Of a DNA stretch of 64,000 nucleotides, positions 34,554 to 47,789 are shown piece by piece. Position 1 is the stretch's first letter, and each line of letters opens with the position of its first letter. The position numbers and the translations under genes are program-made. Where the stretch lies: positions 6,299,591 to 6,363,590 of the forward strand of contig BDGG01000001.1 of the NCBI GenBank assembly GCA_001949185.1. The letters run 5' to 3'. The notes under the pieces are model-generated. The model saw nothing but the letters and a program-made list of their open reading frames with translations. It did not search any database and was not told the origin of the DNA. Source of the stretch: Ramazzottius varieornatus. Taxonomy: Eukaryota > Animalia > Tardigrada.

Positions 34554-37500
34554 ATGGATCCGCCCGGTAATACTCCTCAAGATAATGCCGGTCAGACAGG
34601 AGACACCCAGTTGGACCAATATACCGAACTTGCCTCGCAATACATTGCAGCCAACTTGAAGAATCAGAGCAACCCTTTAAAAACATTGGATAACCAGAAT
34701 GATTACGAACAGAATGAACTCGGCATGTTTGTCACAGAAAATCCCGCTTCATCTTTTGTTGATTTACCTTATGAGCTGACTGCATCCATGACTTCAGCCG
34801 CTGAGATGCACAATTATGATGGTTCACAAGCTGCTGCTGCTTCTGGACCAGCAAAGACCGGACTGAATGTCCACGCTCCGCCGTTTGAGTATCGTAAACC
34901 CGCAACCGATTCGTTTAGCAAGCTGTTAAGCAGTCGACCTCAGCCGCTAGACTTGTTCAGTCCGAGTAGGGAGAATATGGTGTCAGGTGATGTTTTGCAT
35001 CTGGATACGCCCGCGCAGATGGAACAAGCGGGGGATATACCGCAGGAAGGCTACGTTGGTCTAACAGAGAAGGACTTTCTGGAGTATCCAGAAGAAGGGG
35101 AAGGCACTCCTGGTGATTATATGGACTATGCCAGGGGTTATGGCGCTGAAATGACCGAGGAAGCGGGCGGCGAGAAGGCCGTGGATAAAAGCGACACCCC
35201 TGTGTCGGACTTGATCGACAGCTGGATCGCCACCGAGATGAGTCGACTAGAGCAAACTGCTCAACGTAAGCACTATCTGCCACAATTTGATGAATATGGC
35301 TCTTCAATTTTACTTTCAGTTCCTCGACTATTCCGTCAGCTGAACATTAGTCTAATTTCTTGGTATACTGTACATAGCGCTAGGTTGTGAGTTAATAAAA
35401 TCACTTATGCTAAACCAGCGCCAGACGTTTTAATGTATTTTTTCCAGTTGGTGACCAGAAGATGGAAATGTTATCTTCCTTTCCCACGTTATCCGCCTAC
35501 TCTTACGAGCCCCTGGAACTTACCGAGTTTGTAGAGTCCCTGAAACAAGAGGACGCTGCGCGGTCGGCTGCGCCTTCGACAATCGAGCCCTTCTCCACAG
35601 AAACCACCTCATTTATCCCACACGCCGATGAAAACAGTCCGGATTGTTCTTATTCGCGAGGCACTTATCTTGAATATTTAGACAGTCTACGGCAAGAAGA
35701 AAAGTCAAGGAGCGGCAAGGCTGTCGATTCGCCGTTCCACGATGAAGCAAACATGGAGAAGGCGCAAGAAGCCGAAGCGAAATTTCCCTTCGACGGCACA
35801 TGTACAATACTTTTGAATATACCGAATGTACCTTCAATCCGATTCCATAGTTGCGTTTGTTGGGAACAGGGCGGAAAGCATAGACAATTTTTACAGGTAC
35901 GTTGACCGAACATTCGGCCAACTTTGAGCTGGAGACTAACGTGATGGCTCCCGCCGAACTGCACGACGTTCTCCTCAACCTTGTTCCCGACAACTACAGT
36001 CACAAGCACAAGGATATCATCCAAGAATTAGCGGCTCGTGCACAGTTCTTCTCCAAACTGGGAATGATCACTCTTCAGGGCAAAGATCTGTCCGAAGCCG
36101 AGTCGACCCAATTCCAGGCCAACATGGCGCACATCGCTCGCATACTCAGTTCCAAAGAGTCAGCAGACTACCTCGAACGCTGTCTGTCCGCCAGCAAGCT
36201 CGCCACGTCCTCTATGACCTCCCTCGAAAACGATTCATCATCAGGTTCGGCGTTCCTTGAACGAGTTCGAGTCAACCGCGAACCGTTCGGCTTGTCACCC
36301 GTCACGGAGAACCCGGAAGAACATATCGACGAGGAAAGTCTAATGGAAGCCGCCAAGGAAGATACGAATGAAGTGGTCAACTTGGCGATGGAAGAAACAC
36401 AGGACAACCTTGATGTTGGTAACGAGTACATCTCGTCAGTACCTGCTAAAGCTCTTCATCACTTTGGCGACCTTGCCGGATACTACGAATATCAGTCGAC
36501 GTCAGAGCCATCAGCCAACACTGACGATATACCCCTTGTCGAGCATTACATGACCAACATGCCGATCAGCTTGGGTTCCTCTCATAGCGAGTCGCTGTTC
36601 CAGCATGTCAAGAACTTAATTTTTCATCCACATAAAAAGGAAAAGCATGAATTGAAAGATATGGCATCGGCAACGAAAGACAGACAGTTCGAGTTGGGTG
36701 ATCGGCCGTTAGAGCAAGAGCAAAACCTGGAAGAATCGGCATCGCTGCAGACTTTCTCTTATCCAGCTGAGCTTCGTTACACCGACTTCGAGCTGGACCC
36801 TACCGCAAATCGTGGAGAAGAAGCAGACGCTCTTGAAGCATTCCAGCGAGTGAATATGTTCAATCCTCAAAACTTTGAACACAAGGACCGTCAGCTCGAC
36901 AACCAGAAAAAGACACCATCGCCTCCTTTCGAGTCAGGAAACGCCCCGTCGCCACCATCTGAGTCCATGGAAGCACCGGTTCAACAGCACGACCAGGAAG
37001 TCGACCGCGAAATTATCCAGAGACTACACATGTACCAGTATTCGCCTACTTCTCATCAAGAAGATTCCTCGGTTGCATACCCTCTCGTCAACCCCATATT
37101 ACAGCCCAAACACGTGGGTAAAGATTCACTAGCTGACATGCGTACGTTCCTATCGGTGGAGTCAGCTGAAAACGTCCAACGCGCTCATGCTTTCATGCAG
37201 CACGAACTGTCTTCGCTGATCGGATCCGCCAACATCAACAACATTCTCCATAATCCTGAAGCTGATCTAGCATCACGATACTTTACGGAGAACAGGTTAG
37301 AGGCTAACGAGGCTCATCAACGCGAAATGCAGCTACAACAAACCAAAAGTCCACTGGAAATGGAAGACAGCAGTGTGGACTATCCGGAACGTGCGGATGA
37401 CGTCACTACGGAACCAGCCAAGACAGGTCGCGACGCCGAAGCTGATATCCGACTGATTGAAACATCAGAGTCGGCTGAACTGGACCAACGATGGACCAAC

Positions 37501-40124
37501 TACCAGCGTCTATTCGGTGGTCAAAATGAACAAGCGGGGGATGTGTTCGAAGCCTTCTTCGACAACGAGCTAAAGGGAGAACTGGACGATACTCTAGAGG
37601 AAGCTGAACAGTACCAGCGTATGAGCATGTATTACCACCAGCTGTGGCAGCAGAGCGACCAGGAAGATCCACAGGTGCAGTTCTCGCCTTCGCCTCTCGA
37701 GCAGCTTCAGTTGCGGTATGGGAAAGATTCGACGGCTGACGTCAGGGCATTACACTTTGTGGGATCGGCAGAAGCGTTTCAACGACAGCAACTGCTGCAG
37801 ACCATTCTGCAACACGAGAATCTGGCCACACACCTACAAGAGCACCTGCTGGATTCAGACATTCCCTTGAACGAAGACGCCACACCGAAACGCACAAAGT
37901 CAAAGTCGTCCGTGTTCAAACGAATGAAGCACATTTTCTCCCATACAAACTTGAAGTCTTCAACAACTAATCTAGCTCCATGTTCTGTTGAGTCAGCGGA
38001 ATCGTTTCAGAGAAGGCAGCTGTACATGATCATGGAAGAACAAGCTTACAACGATGACCATAACTTTGACTTTGATCCATCGGTCAATGAGAACGACCTC
38101 CCTTCCTTGTCCAACCACCACATCAGCAATACCTTCTACCACACCTTTCCCAACATCGAGCACTCGGAATCTGTCTCGCAGTTTGTATCAGGAGCCAATC
38201 TAAATGGCGCCGAATCCTTCAAGTCGATGAAACGTCAACGCATGTTCGAAGAACACAAACAACGTTTTGCCGCTCATCACGGCGGGACCAGCTTGAAAGT
38301 GCCTCTCTTCCGCAACAGCGACCTTCCTTCCAGTTCAGAGTCTGCCGAGTCCGTCGTACGACAACAGATGTACGCTGCACCACATCACCAGCCAGAAGAT
38401 GGTGCAGTGTCGTGGGACTATACGTGGTCACCGCGGAACGCCGAGTGTTTCGCTGACCACGACCACACGGCGCACTTGACGGCCCACCATCTGCCGTTAC
38501 CCTTCTCAATGGCGCACCAAAGCGTCCAGTCGCTCTCCATGGACAGACTGTCCATGGCTGGTCACATTATCGTGCCGCCCTCTGACACCGCTAGCCACGT
38601 CCATACTTCCGAAGCTTCAAAGACGGAAGTCTCCAGAAAGAAGAAATCGTTTCTAGCCAGGCTGTTCAGTAGGAACAAGTCAAAGTCGAAGGTGACAGAG
38701 GAGAAGCCTTCTGGTGCTACCATGCAAAAGTCGGACGTCACGCTGTCCGTACAACATGAAACGGTGGTAGATGACATCGAACCTCTGGGGATGGAAGTGC
38801 AAGAATCGGAAGCTGAGCTTTCGCTACCTGACTTGTCGGAAGCCGGGGACTCGAAGCTGCATGCCACAACAAGTAGGCAGGAAAGACTCATGTTCCTCAA
38901 TAAACCTTTCGCCCAAAGTATGGAAAGGATGCAAGAGTCTCCAAACGATCGGATGATGGTCACGCTCTTCGCCCATACGATTCCTGTGTTGGACGAAGCA
39001 GGTATGCTTGGAAAGTATGTCTTTGATGAGATTTCCCCAAATATCCTACAAACTAACATCATATTGGTTTTAGTGACGGATGGCGTTGAGTCAGAAGAAG
39101 ACTACCCCTACGTTACCACCAGAGATCAAAGTACGTGAGAAAGTAGGTGAATACCCGGAAGAAACTGACTGGTTGTCAGCATATCGGTGATCTAATGTTG
39201 ATCTGCTGAATAGGACAGAGCGTGGAGTATTACGCCTATGACTTCTGCCAGCACGACCTTTCCTACAACTCTGAACTCAACGTGAGCGACCCGGAAGAAG
39301 TTGGCTACCAGGCCGAAGGCAATGTTCCTTTTGAATTTTCCGGTGACAGCAGTGCGCATCTTCTTCATCACTCAGCTGAGCCTTCTTTTTGGGGTGGGGT
39401 TCGCGCTGCTCATGAGAAACTGCCGATAGATTCCGAAGCTATTCTAAAGTACAAGAAAGTCATTGAGTATGGTGGCACCTACGGACTCAATACTTCCATT
39501 GTTTTACTGTGGGCTTGCCATCTTCCTTCGCGCAAAGTCCGCAATTATGCTTACATTATGGAGCATCTCTTTTGTTATTTACATGACTGCTTGGAACTCC
39601 TGGCTGACCAGCATTTTACTGTTGTCTATTTTAATTATGGCCGTGAACCTCCCGCCACATGGCTGCATGATTGTTATATGGTTATGGATACGCAGTAAGT
39701 TTACTTCCGGGTTCAAACTATCCCGAAACATCTTCCATACTGTAGATGCAGATTTCTTTGCAGGTCAGGTAAAACGCTGGACGAGTTGTTAATTGTTCAT
39801 CCAGCGTACTGGTTCAAAGCTCAGTTACAAGTTATGGGCCGACAAAGTTTGAGGTGAGAAAGGTTTTTTCAGGTTTTGTTGCATGAAACGGAACGAAGGT
39901 TCACCTCGCGTCTGTTTATCTTTTGCAGTAAGGAATTCTACAGTAAAATTCGTTACATGAACACACTGAGTGCTCTGACAAGACACTTACCGGACGGAGC
40001 TATGGAGTTTTTGACAATTCCACGCTCTGTTCGTGAGCATGACAGTAGCGTTAAAGCTTCTCAAGTTACTTTACTTAGCCATAATTTACCTGCTGATACT
40101 TCAAACGATGTTCATACTCAATAA
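34554..40124 (+). CDS. Large acidic protein with C-terminal BCH (BNIP2/PRUNE2/caytaxin-type CRAL-TRIO) domain; ~7 exons
   Basis: IDSEAILKYKKVIEYGG, WACHLP, YAYIMEHLFCY, FTVVYF, WLHDCY, LLIVHPAYW, FYSKIRY..TLSAL, IPRSVREHD match the BCH pattern. Upstream long exons (34554-35265, from 35449, 35898-39001) are linked by phase-compatible introns. Confidence 0.8.
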
Positions 40125-40198
40125 AAATAAAAACGACTTCTCGGATACTACAAAACGCAGGTTCCAATATATCAGAAGCAGGACAGGCTAGGAGGGTT

Positions 40199-41126
40199 TC
40201 AGGAAGACATAGCACCCGCTGCCTTTCTAACATGATCTCTAACAATCTTCTCAATCACTTGAAACGTTTGCGTACAGCCTTTCACAGCAGCGTCTAGCAA
40301 AGGTGCTAAAAGATCTTTGTGAAATCTGTTCTTTGTATCCATCACGATGATCTCTTGGTTCCGGGGAATCACGCCAACGGTTATCTGAGGAAGTCGTTCT
40401 GTAAAGCAGGAAAAAACCGCAAAACCGGTCAAATCAACACTCAACCAATTCACCAAATACGCTGAACTTGCGCATGACGTCATGCGCCATTTAATACACT
40501 TACGTAGGTCTTCTTGCGAAGAAACATCCATCAACGGTTTCCCCTCCACCACCGTAGCCGAACAGCCTACTATCAAATCTTTGACAGGTATTCCAGCGTC
40601 TATCAGAGCCAGCGTTCCGGCAGTGAGGGCGGCTGCGAGGTGGCCACCGTCAGCTTGCAGGACTTGACAAGAAAGTCTTACGATGGAAGAGGCATTCTTG
40701 TGAGGGAACATGATCACCCTGTAGCAGGTTTCCATGTATTCGGCGTACTCCTCCGAACGCGGATCTTCGCCTTGGCGCGTCCTCCGGTCCTGTTGGCTGA
40801 AGGCGGACAGTTTGAATTCGCACTCGATGGCCGTAGGATCTTCTAGCACCGCTAAATCGCCGTCGTCATCGTCATTGTCACCCTGCAAACGAAAGCACAC
40901 GGACCAGAATTTTGTTCTGGACTCCGTACCGCTGCATGTGTCTTCCTCGGAGTCTTACGGAGTCAAAAGGTCCATACACCGTCGCCAGAATTTTGGTGTT
41001 GCCTTGTTCGAAGAGTACCGATCCATCAGCTTCTTTCGCAACACCAAACTGGCACCGGATGTCCCGTATTTCGTTCTCCCGTCTGCCATCCAGACGAAGT
41101 CCAGTAAATGAAGACACCAGATCCAT
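40199..41126 (-). CDS. EXOSC4: Exosome complex component RRP41
   Basis: GLRLDGRRENEIR, ADGSVLFEQGNTKILATVYGP, QVLQADGG, LALIDAGIPVKD (RNase PH fold, Rrp41 type). 3 exons. Confidence 0.9.
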
Positions 41127-42608
41127 CTTGAAAGCTGTGTTTCTTCAAACCTACAGTCGAAGGCTCGAAGGCCGGAACAGAATGACAATGACCGGAAGAA
41201 GAGGATTTCGGAGGAAATCAGAAAAGTCACGAGTTGCGAAACTCGATTAGGCTCAATCAACGATTTAGCTGCAACCCAATCAACAATGTCAAACACCTGG
41301 AAGTCTTGGGTCTTCTCCAGTAATCAATCAAATTGCCCCAGCTTTTCACTGACTGGCTTCCTAACCACAACTCTACATGGTCTGAGTTCAGAGGCTGCGG
41401 GGCAGTCTGAGCCTGCGAGGACTTCGGGTTCGAGTTTGTTCCTCGTTCCGAATCCAAAATTCTCCTGCAAATCGGGACACTCCAAGTGTCTCGCCAAAAC
41501 GATGCTGTGTCAGATACCACATTGAGCAAGCATAAATCATATATCAAGTTAAATAAATAGTCAGGGTGTGGCAGTTCCCCTGCCCGCAAAGTGTGAATTA
41601 GCCTAAGCAGGTTCGAAGGGAAAAGAGAGCGGCAGGCAGAAGCTGGACAAGGGTCAAACGGTCACGCTGCATCCGCTGACTGAAGCTCGAAGAGCTCTTT
41701 GTTCACTTTTACCAGACAGCGAAGAAGGCTAGTCGATAAGGCATGGCAGAAACTTCTGGGAGCATGCTGCTGGAGATCCCTTGAAGGCCCAAGCCAAACT
41801 CTCTGGAACTTCGTAGCGAGCCGTGTGAAGCCTGAAAGCTCCCGAAGCCTCAACACATTGTCCAGAAGAATCCATTCTTCCCTGTTCACCCTCTTTACAT
41901 TCGTCATGGTTCCAGCGAGTTTTCTTGAGGTATCTCGTGTCGAAGAAAGGCATGAGACGAAGTGGTGCAGGGGACTAGGGGGTCTTGGACCGGTGGACCT
42001 CGTGGCAACCTTGTACCACAGACTGACGGTCTAAATTTACGCCCATACTGTACGAGGGGGAGCAGCACGGACCTCACTGACACGATCAATAAATCCCCTT
42101 ACATTCAGGGGCCTGTGACGCAGTTGCTGGGTAAATTCAACGTGGCGGATGGAGTGAATTCCCTGTAGAGCCAAACATATCAACAGACTGAAGGTCCGGC
42201 TCACGACGGTGGAAATTCTCGTTCGGTTCTTGAAGTCATACCAGGAGCACTTTGACAGGGAACGAAGTGCACGGCCTGTTCTTGCCTGGGTGCTTGTGCT
42301 TGGTTTCATCGACTTTGAGTTGAGGTGGCTTGTCTGTGCGTCATTGTTTGTCCTTGGTGCCATCTTGTACCCTTCCCATCTTCCAGAAGAGTTCTTTTCC
42401 GTCGCTGAGAGCTACAGTCTGTCCCTCAAGGTAAGTGAACCTGATCATGAAAGATCTTCCGTTAGCAACGGCTGTCCAAATCCTGCGTGCATGACTTTGT
42501 ATGTGTGTTTGTATCACAGGAAAAAAAGCCCACAGTGGTGTCGCAATAGCAGTGTTTACCGTTAATAAGCACCCCTTTTGAGCCATCCATACCCACTGCG
42601 CCGCCATC

Positions 42609-43824
42609 ATGGGGAAATTTTGCTGTGTTCCTGGCTGCAACAATCGGGCTAACCGTGACAAGTTTGACAGCAAGGGTCAGACCATCGGATACTTCCAGTT
42701 CCCCCCAGAGAATGATCCTCGTCGAGCAACGTGGATCCGGAACATTCGTCGTGATCCCGGCCCGTACTTCTCCATATCAGGCACAACCTGCGTCTGTTCC
42801 AACCACTTTGAAGAAGAGTACATCGAACGCTTAGCCATCTCCACTGGATTCCGTCTTCGTCTGACGAAGGAAGCCATTCCTACCCTCTTCTCCTGGAATA
42901 ACGGGACTAAAGATGGCGAAGATACGGGCGCATATCCCGAAGTCGAAGACGTCAACGGAAATGCTGACGATTCGGATAGCCCTGATAACGATACCAACGG
43001 TGAATACGATGTAAGTCACCTTTCTTCGTCCACCTTCTGACCGTTCGTTTTACGCTTTTGGAAGATAGTCTGGGCAATCTGTTCACCGAATCGGTTTAAG
43101 GGGAAGAAGGGAATCAAAGGGAGACTTTTTATTAGTGTTTTTTTCGTGCTCAATTGGCGACAATCAATCGAAGGAGTGTTGAAGTGACGTAATAGGCATG
43201 CAACGAAGTTGCCGCTCTGGCGGCTCCGCTGATGGGACCGCCCTGTCCGGTGGATATGGTTGATTGACTTCGGTTTGATTCGAAGGAAAGATTTTCAGTT
43301 GTTTTCTCATTTTCCGGAGTCCAGACGAATTTTCGTTTCTTTCCTCGCGCGGTCCACACTCCACAGAAAGTTGCCTCTTTTTTCTTTCGTATCGATTTCA
43401 TAGTAAAGCACTCCCTAGAATGAATGTAAAGTCGAGCAATTCCGATTTTGCTTTACAGGACACTACCGAAATAAAGTCGGAGGCAAACGGCCATGGCGAC
43501 TTCAACGGCGACGACAAGGAGGGCTCACCTTCCGGATCCAACCAGCAAGGCACCTCCAGTTCGAAGCGGAAGATGACCAAGCCTCAGCCTCGCCCCTCCA
43601 AGATGGCTCGCACAGGGAGCCCAAACAGATCTGGTAAAAAGTTTGGGGCTCGAGAGTTTGCCAACAAGGACGATGCTGAGGCGGAAATCGCCAGGCTGCG
43701 TACCACCGTACAAGTCTTTGAACGTAAATTCGCCGAGATGTCCAGACTGGTAAACGAACTCCGCTCTACTACCATCAAGATGCTCGGTGTCATGTCCGCA
43801 AACACCAACGCGAACAACTCCTGA
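42609..43824 (+). CDS. THAP domain protein with C-terminal coiled coil; exons 42609-43010, 43459-43824
   Basis: MGKFCCVPGC...FQFP...RRATW...VCSNHF...AIPTLF. C-terminal AEIARLRTTVQVFERKFAEMSRLVNELR heptads. Probable 5' UTR intron 42431-42519. Confidence 0.88.
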
Positions 43825-43977
43825 AGACGACATCACAAAGTATGCAAATATAACCGTGCTTTCTCTCGACTGTTATTTTCCACCCGATCTAACAGAATGT
43901 ATCTATTATCTACCTAGGTGGAAATTTCCGGAATTTATGTGGGACCTTGGCAGATGAATTGAACCAGATCGCTGTTC

Positions 43978-44026
43978 CAAGTGGCGCACATCTTCGTTCT
44001 TATTGGTTGGGAGTGTGCGCCACTTG
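43978..44026. repeat. 49-bp dyad repeat family, copy 4 (perfect arms; downstream of THAP gene 2)
   Basis: CAAGTGGCGCAC-N25-GTGCGCCACTTG, within a larger imperfect palindrome (..CCAGATCG.. / ..CGATCTAG..). Confidence 0.85.
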
Positions 44027-44434
44027 GGAAACGATCTAGCTCAAATCATTTGCCCACATTCTCTCTCATTCAGCAATTTTGATTTTGTCGTTTCTTTTGC
44101 AGATTCTTCTTGAAGAATTTCCTCGAAGAAGCAAAGGATAATGGCCGTTATGTGGAATGAGTTAAACGTTGTTTCTTCTGAGCTGTTACTGCAGCTGATA
44201 GCCCATTTCCAGCCCTGTCTCGTTTGAGGATTTTGATCTTCAGCCGTAGCGTTCATTTGATGTTCTGGGAGAATTGTTGTCGCAGACTCTCTGCTTTCCT
44301 GCTGTTGGTCTGTCTTAATGGCAGTTTTCTGTTGTTAAGTGAATGAGCACTTAACATCTTACCTTACTTTACTAACTTGTACTTTCTTCAAAGAACGGAA
44401 ACTGCTACTTGAATTTTCTGAAATAATTACAAAT

Positions 44435-44785
44435 GGCGAGAGTTGGAGCTGTATGTTGGATGCTGTAGTCAGAGACGGTGCATTCATCCTCCAGCTGTCT
44501 GCCCGCGAACATCTGAAGAATGATTTTGTTGAACTAAAGGGATACTTAAAACTGAACCTTCACCTTGTCGGTCTTGCCAGTGAGGGTCTTGACGAAGATC
44601 TGCCTGCCTCCATGGGGAAGAAGAGCCAAGTCATCAGCCATGTTTTTGGGTCTTGTAGTCTGACAATGTCCTGCCATTTTCCAGCTGCGTTCCAGCGAAG
44701 GTCAGACGCTCTTGATCCGGACGGTGCGTTCCGCGGCTTGAATCTTGGCCTTGACATTCTCGATGGTACCCGAAGGTTCGACTCT
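44435..44785 (-). pseudogene. Degenerate di-/poly-ubiquitin sequence
   Basis: Across frameshifts: [15 protein letters not shown] / [26 protein letters not shown] / HGGRQIFVKTLTGKT / FAGRQLEDECTVSDYSIQ, i.e. parts of two head-to-tail ubiquitin units. Confidence 0.85.
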
Positions 44786-46160
44786 CGGGTGGAACGCTCG
44801 TTTGGGCCCGATAACGGATACGAGAAAGGCACCATCGTCCTCGCGTGCAGCAACAGAAACGGTTAACTTAGCAATCCGTTCAAGCGCACCCAGTCGTATG
44901 TCCGGAAGGATGACAAAGTTCTCCGTGACGTTGTTGCCTGTTCCCACCAGGCCGTAGTTCGAACCGATGACTGTCTGCTCCATTTTCAGCGGAGGTGCTT
45001 GGACCGCTGGGCTGCATTCCCATACCGGTTGCTGATATTCGGTGAAGGTACTAGGACAGTAAACCCAGAATGGGGTACCCCACTCTGGTAAAAATGAAAG
45101 CGAAAAATCTTGATTACAGTGTTGGTCTATCACCCAATGGCTTCATAAAACTGACGTAGTACGTCGTCAAAGCCGTGAACTTGAAGCCCCAATCCCCAAG
45201 ATCTAACTCACCAACGCCCTAAGGGATGTTTCGCGCGTATAATGACACAATGGTAAGATTGAAATGCCCCAACACTGACGACGTTCCGACAATTCCTCCT
45301 CAATTCTGATAACCGTTCGGGGCTGGAGAATGTTAGAACCTGCAGTTGTCTGTCTTCGAAAAAAATGACGCTGAGTTTGCGCCCGAAAGCCGATTGCGGA
45401 TTTTCTGCGCCCGGGGAAATACACTGGAAAACACGGAAAATCGTCGGTGAGAGGCCTCAAAGTGCCGAAAATTTGGGCTTTCTCGCATTACTATGTTAGA
45501 CCAAGACGTACGTCACACAGTTAAGCAAAATTCTGTTGATGTCGATCGGAGATTCCAAGTGTTCAGCTAGATCAGCCAGAACGCAGTTTACAGCAGGAAA
45601 AATACTCTACAGTACAAGACTACAGCACAAAAAAGTTCGAAACGAATTGCGCAAAATCGGAATTTGACTAGAACTCTAGCAATTGAAACTTTTGTAAGTT
45701 ACGCGCATACTTCAGGAGTCGGTACTTCGTATCACTGACGAAAGCGCAGTCTAGTGTTTCGACGTCAGTTCTTTGTCATTTCTTCCACTTCGGAAACTGA
45801 TGAAGAAATTAACCACGGAAGATGAACCAAAACAATGCACGTTAGGGAATCTACAGCAAAAACTAAAAGAAAATTTGATTAAGCAGCATATATAAAAGAG
45901 AACAACGCCGCAGAAGAAACGCCAACAAGGAAAGGAACTACCAGACGGCGGATAAAAGACTGAAATTTGGAGGATGAAGTCAATACTAAACACTTTGGAT
46001 ACAAAGCAGAGTAGCAGGCACTTCAGATACAGTACAGTACAATTTATCGAGCTGAGGAAGCTGAGCAAACTTCACACTTCTGGAAGAACCGTCCGAGAGC
46101 TTTAACCATAAGCCGTTGTGCATATACTTCTCTGTCATGGATAGAACTATCGCTTTGCAT

Positions 46161-47789
46161 TTACAAAGAATCCAGCCTGGGCCGTCGGAAGGCAAGTCCA
46201 GGCTTGGACAACAGCGGCTCGACCACCGCAACTGGAAGTGGCGAAAGATGTTCTTCCTTTTTCCTGAGTTTCCTAGAACGCTTCTTGGCTACGGAAGTTT
46301 TAGTCGGCGACTCGGACATGGAAGGCGACCGCTTCTTCTCGATCTTAGGTTGACGAGACGAACTAGTACGAACCTGGACTGGGATCGGAGGATCCTCCTC
46401 GTCGTCGTCGATCTGGTCGTATTTTGTGGCGACGGTACCGACCGTTGGCGGGGGAGGTGAAATCGAGTCCTCCGGAGAGAAACGAAACGTTTCGTTCGGC
46501 ATGGTCACCAGATTCCACCTGCAGATGAGACAAGCCAGACAGTAAGGTGACAGAAATCCCATAAGCGTCACGTTAAAGTGTAGACTTGTCACCAGCTAGA
46601 TAACTCAAACTCGCGTCCTACGTCGGCAAGGCCTACCGAACATCAAGCAAGTGCAAACGGGTAGGACCTACTCCCTTCCCAAGACGTCATGCGCAAACTT
46701 CAAGCAGCAACTGCCACCGGAAATGACTTCCAGTTACTCGCAATTGTGATGCTAAGCACATACTTTGGTAGAATACGTTGTTGCTCCATCGCGCGCAGAT
46801 CAAAAGGCTTGATTTCCGGACGACTATTGCCCGGAAGTGGAGGACGCGAAGGCAAGCTGAGTGGAGGAAGCATCCTCGGTCCTTTGTAGTCATCTTTCAC
46901 ATCGACGGAGTCGTCGTTGTCGCTGTCCGCGTCTTCTTCAGGCACGAACATTTTCTGATCGAGGAAATCTTGCACATTGTAGGTTTTCTTTTCGAGCCTA
47001 CGAACGTAACGGATACAATCTTATCACCGTTTAAAACTGCTTAACGATCATTAAAGCGATGTGAAAAACCACTTACGTGCTCGGTTGCTTTTGCTGCTCG
47101 ACAGCGCTAAACCGTACTTGGTTCTCGCCTGTCCTCTTCGCGACTCGCACAAGTCCCTCATCAACCAGTTGCTCGAGCTTACTCCGAACGTAGGCTTTAC
47201 CGAAAGATTCCTCGTCGATATTTACCCTGAAACGAAAATCAGAAGTCGGCAAAATCGGAGAGATTTTCAATCAATCAACCGATTAACCACGAACAAACTA
47301 TCGTTCCACACAACCTTACGGAAATGTGTTTTTGACGTAAAGTCCCACTTCCGCCACAGTCAGAGGATGTCTTATTTCCTTCAGGGCCATCCGGATAGCC
47401 TGGCAAGCCGAGTTGGAACCGTCCACTTTTAGAGAGCGTTTCCGCTTGCCAAAATTCAACAAGAAATCATCGTAGACAACCGTATGTTCTCCATTGCAAC
47501 ACTCCACTGACTGCATCAGCAGTCCACTGTTGACGCAAAGTCGTAGCTGAGCTTCTATCATACGTTCAGGATAATCAGATACGTAAGGAAGGAGCTTTTG
47601 GAAGGTAGCCGATTCCTTCTTGATCCGGAGCTGGAACAGGCCGTAGCGAAGGTTGCACACAAAATGAAAGTCCACTTCAGCGGTGTCCCAAGCGTCGTCC
47701 AATGGCTCCTCGGACGACACTAGTGGCAAGCAGCAATCTAGAAGGTACAGTCCAGGCACAGCCATCATTGATTTCAGCCTTTGGTCCAT
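46161..47789 (-). CDS. Putative chromatin protein with two winged-helix-like domains and acidic/basic disordered tail; 4 exons
   Basis: Exons ~47789-47319, 47226-47076, 46980-46764 and 46519-46161. LRYGLFQLRIKKE..IEAQLRLCVNSGLL and QAIRMALKEI..LTVAEVGLYV..VRSKLEQLVDEGLV have WH helix patterns. Basic NLS-like KKRSRKLRKK. Confidence 0.55.
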
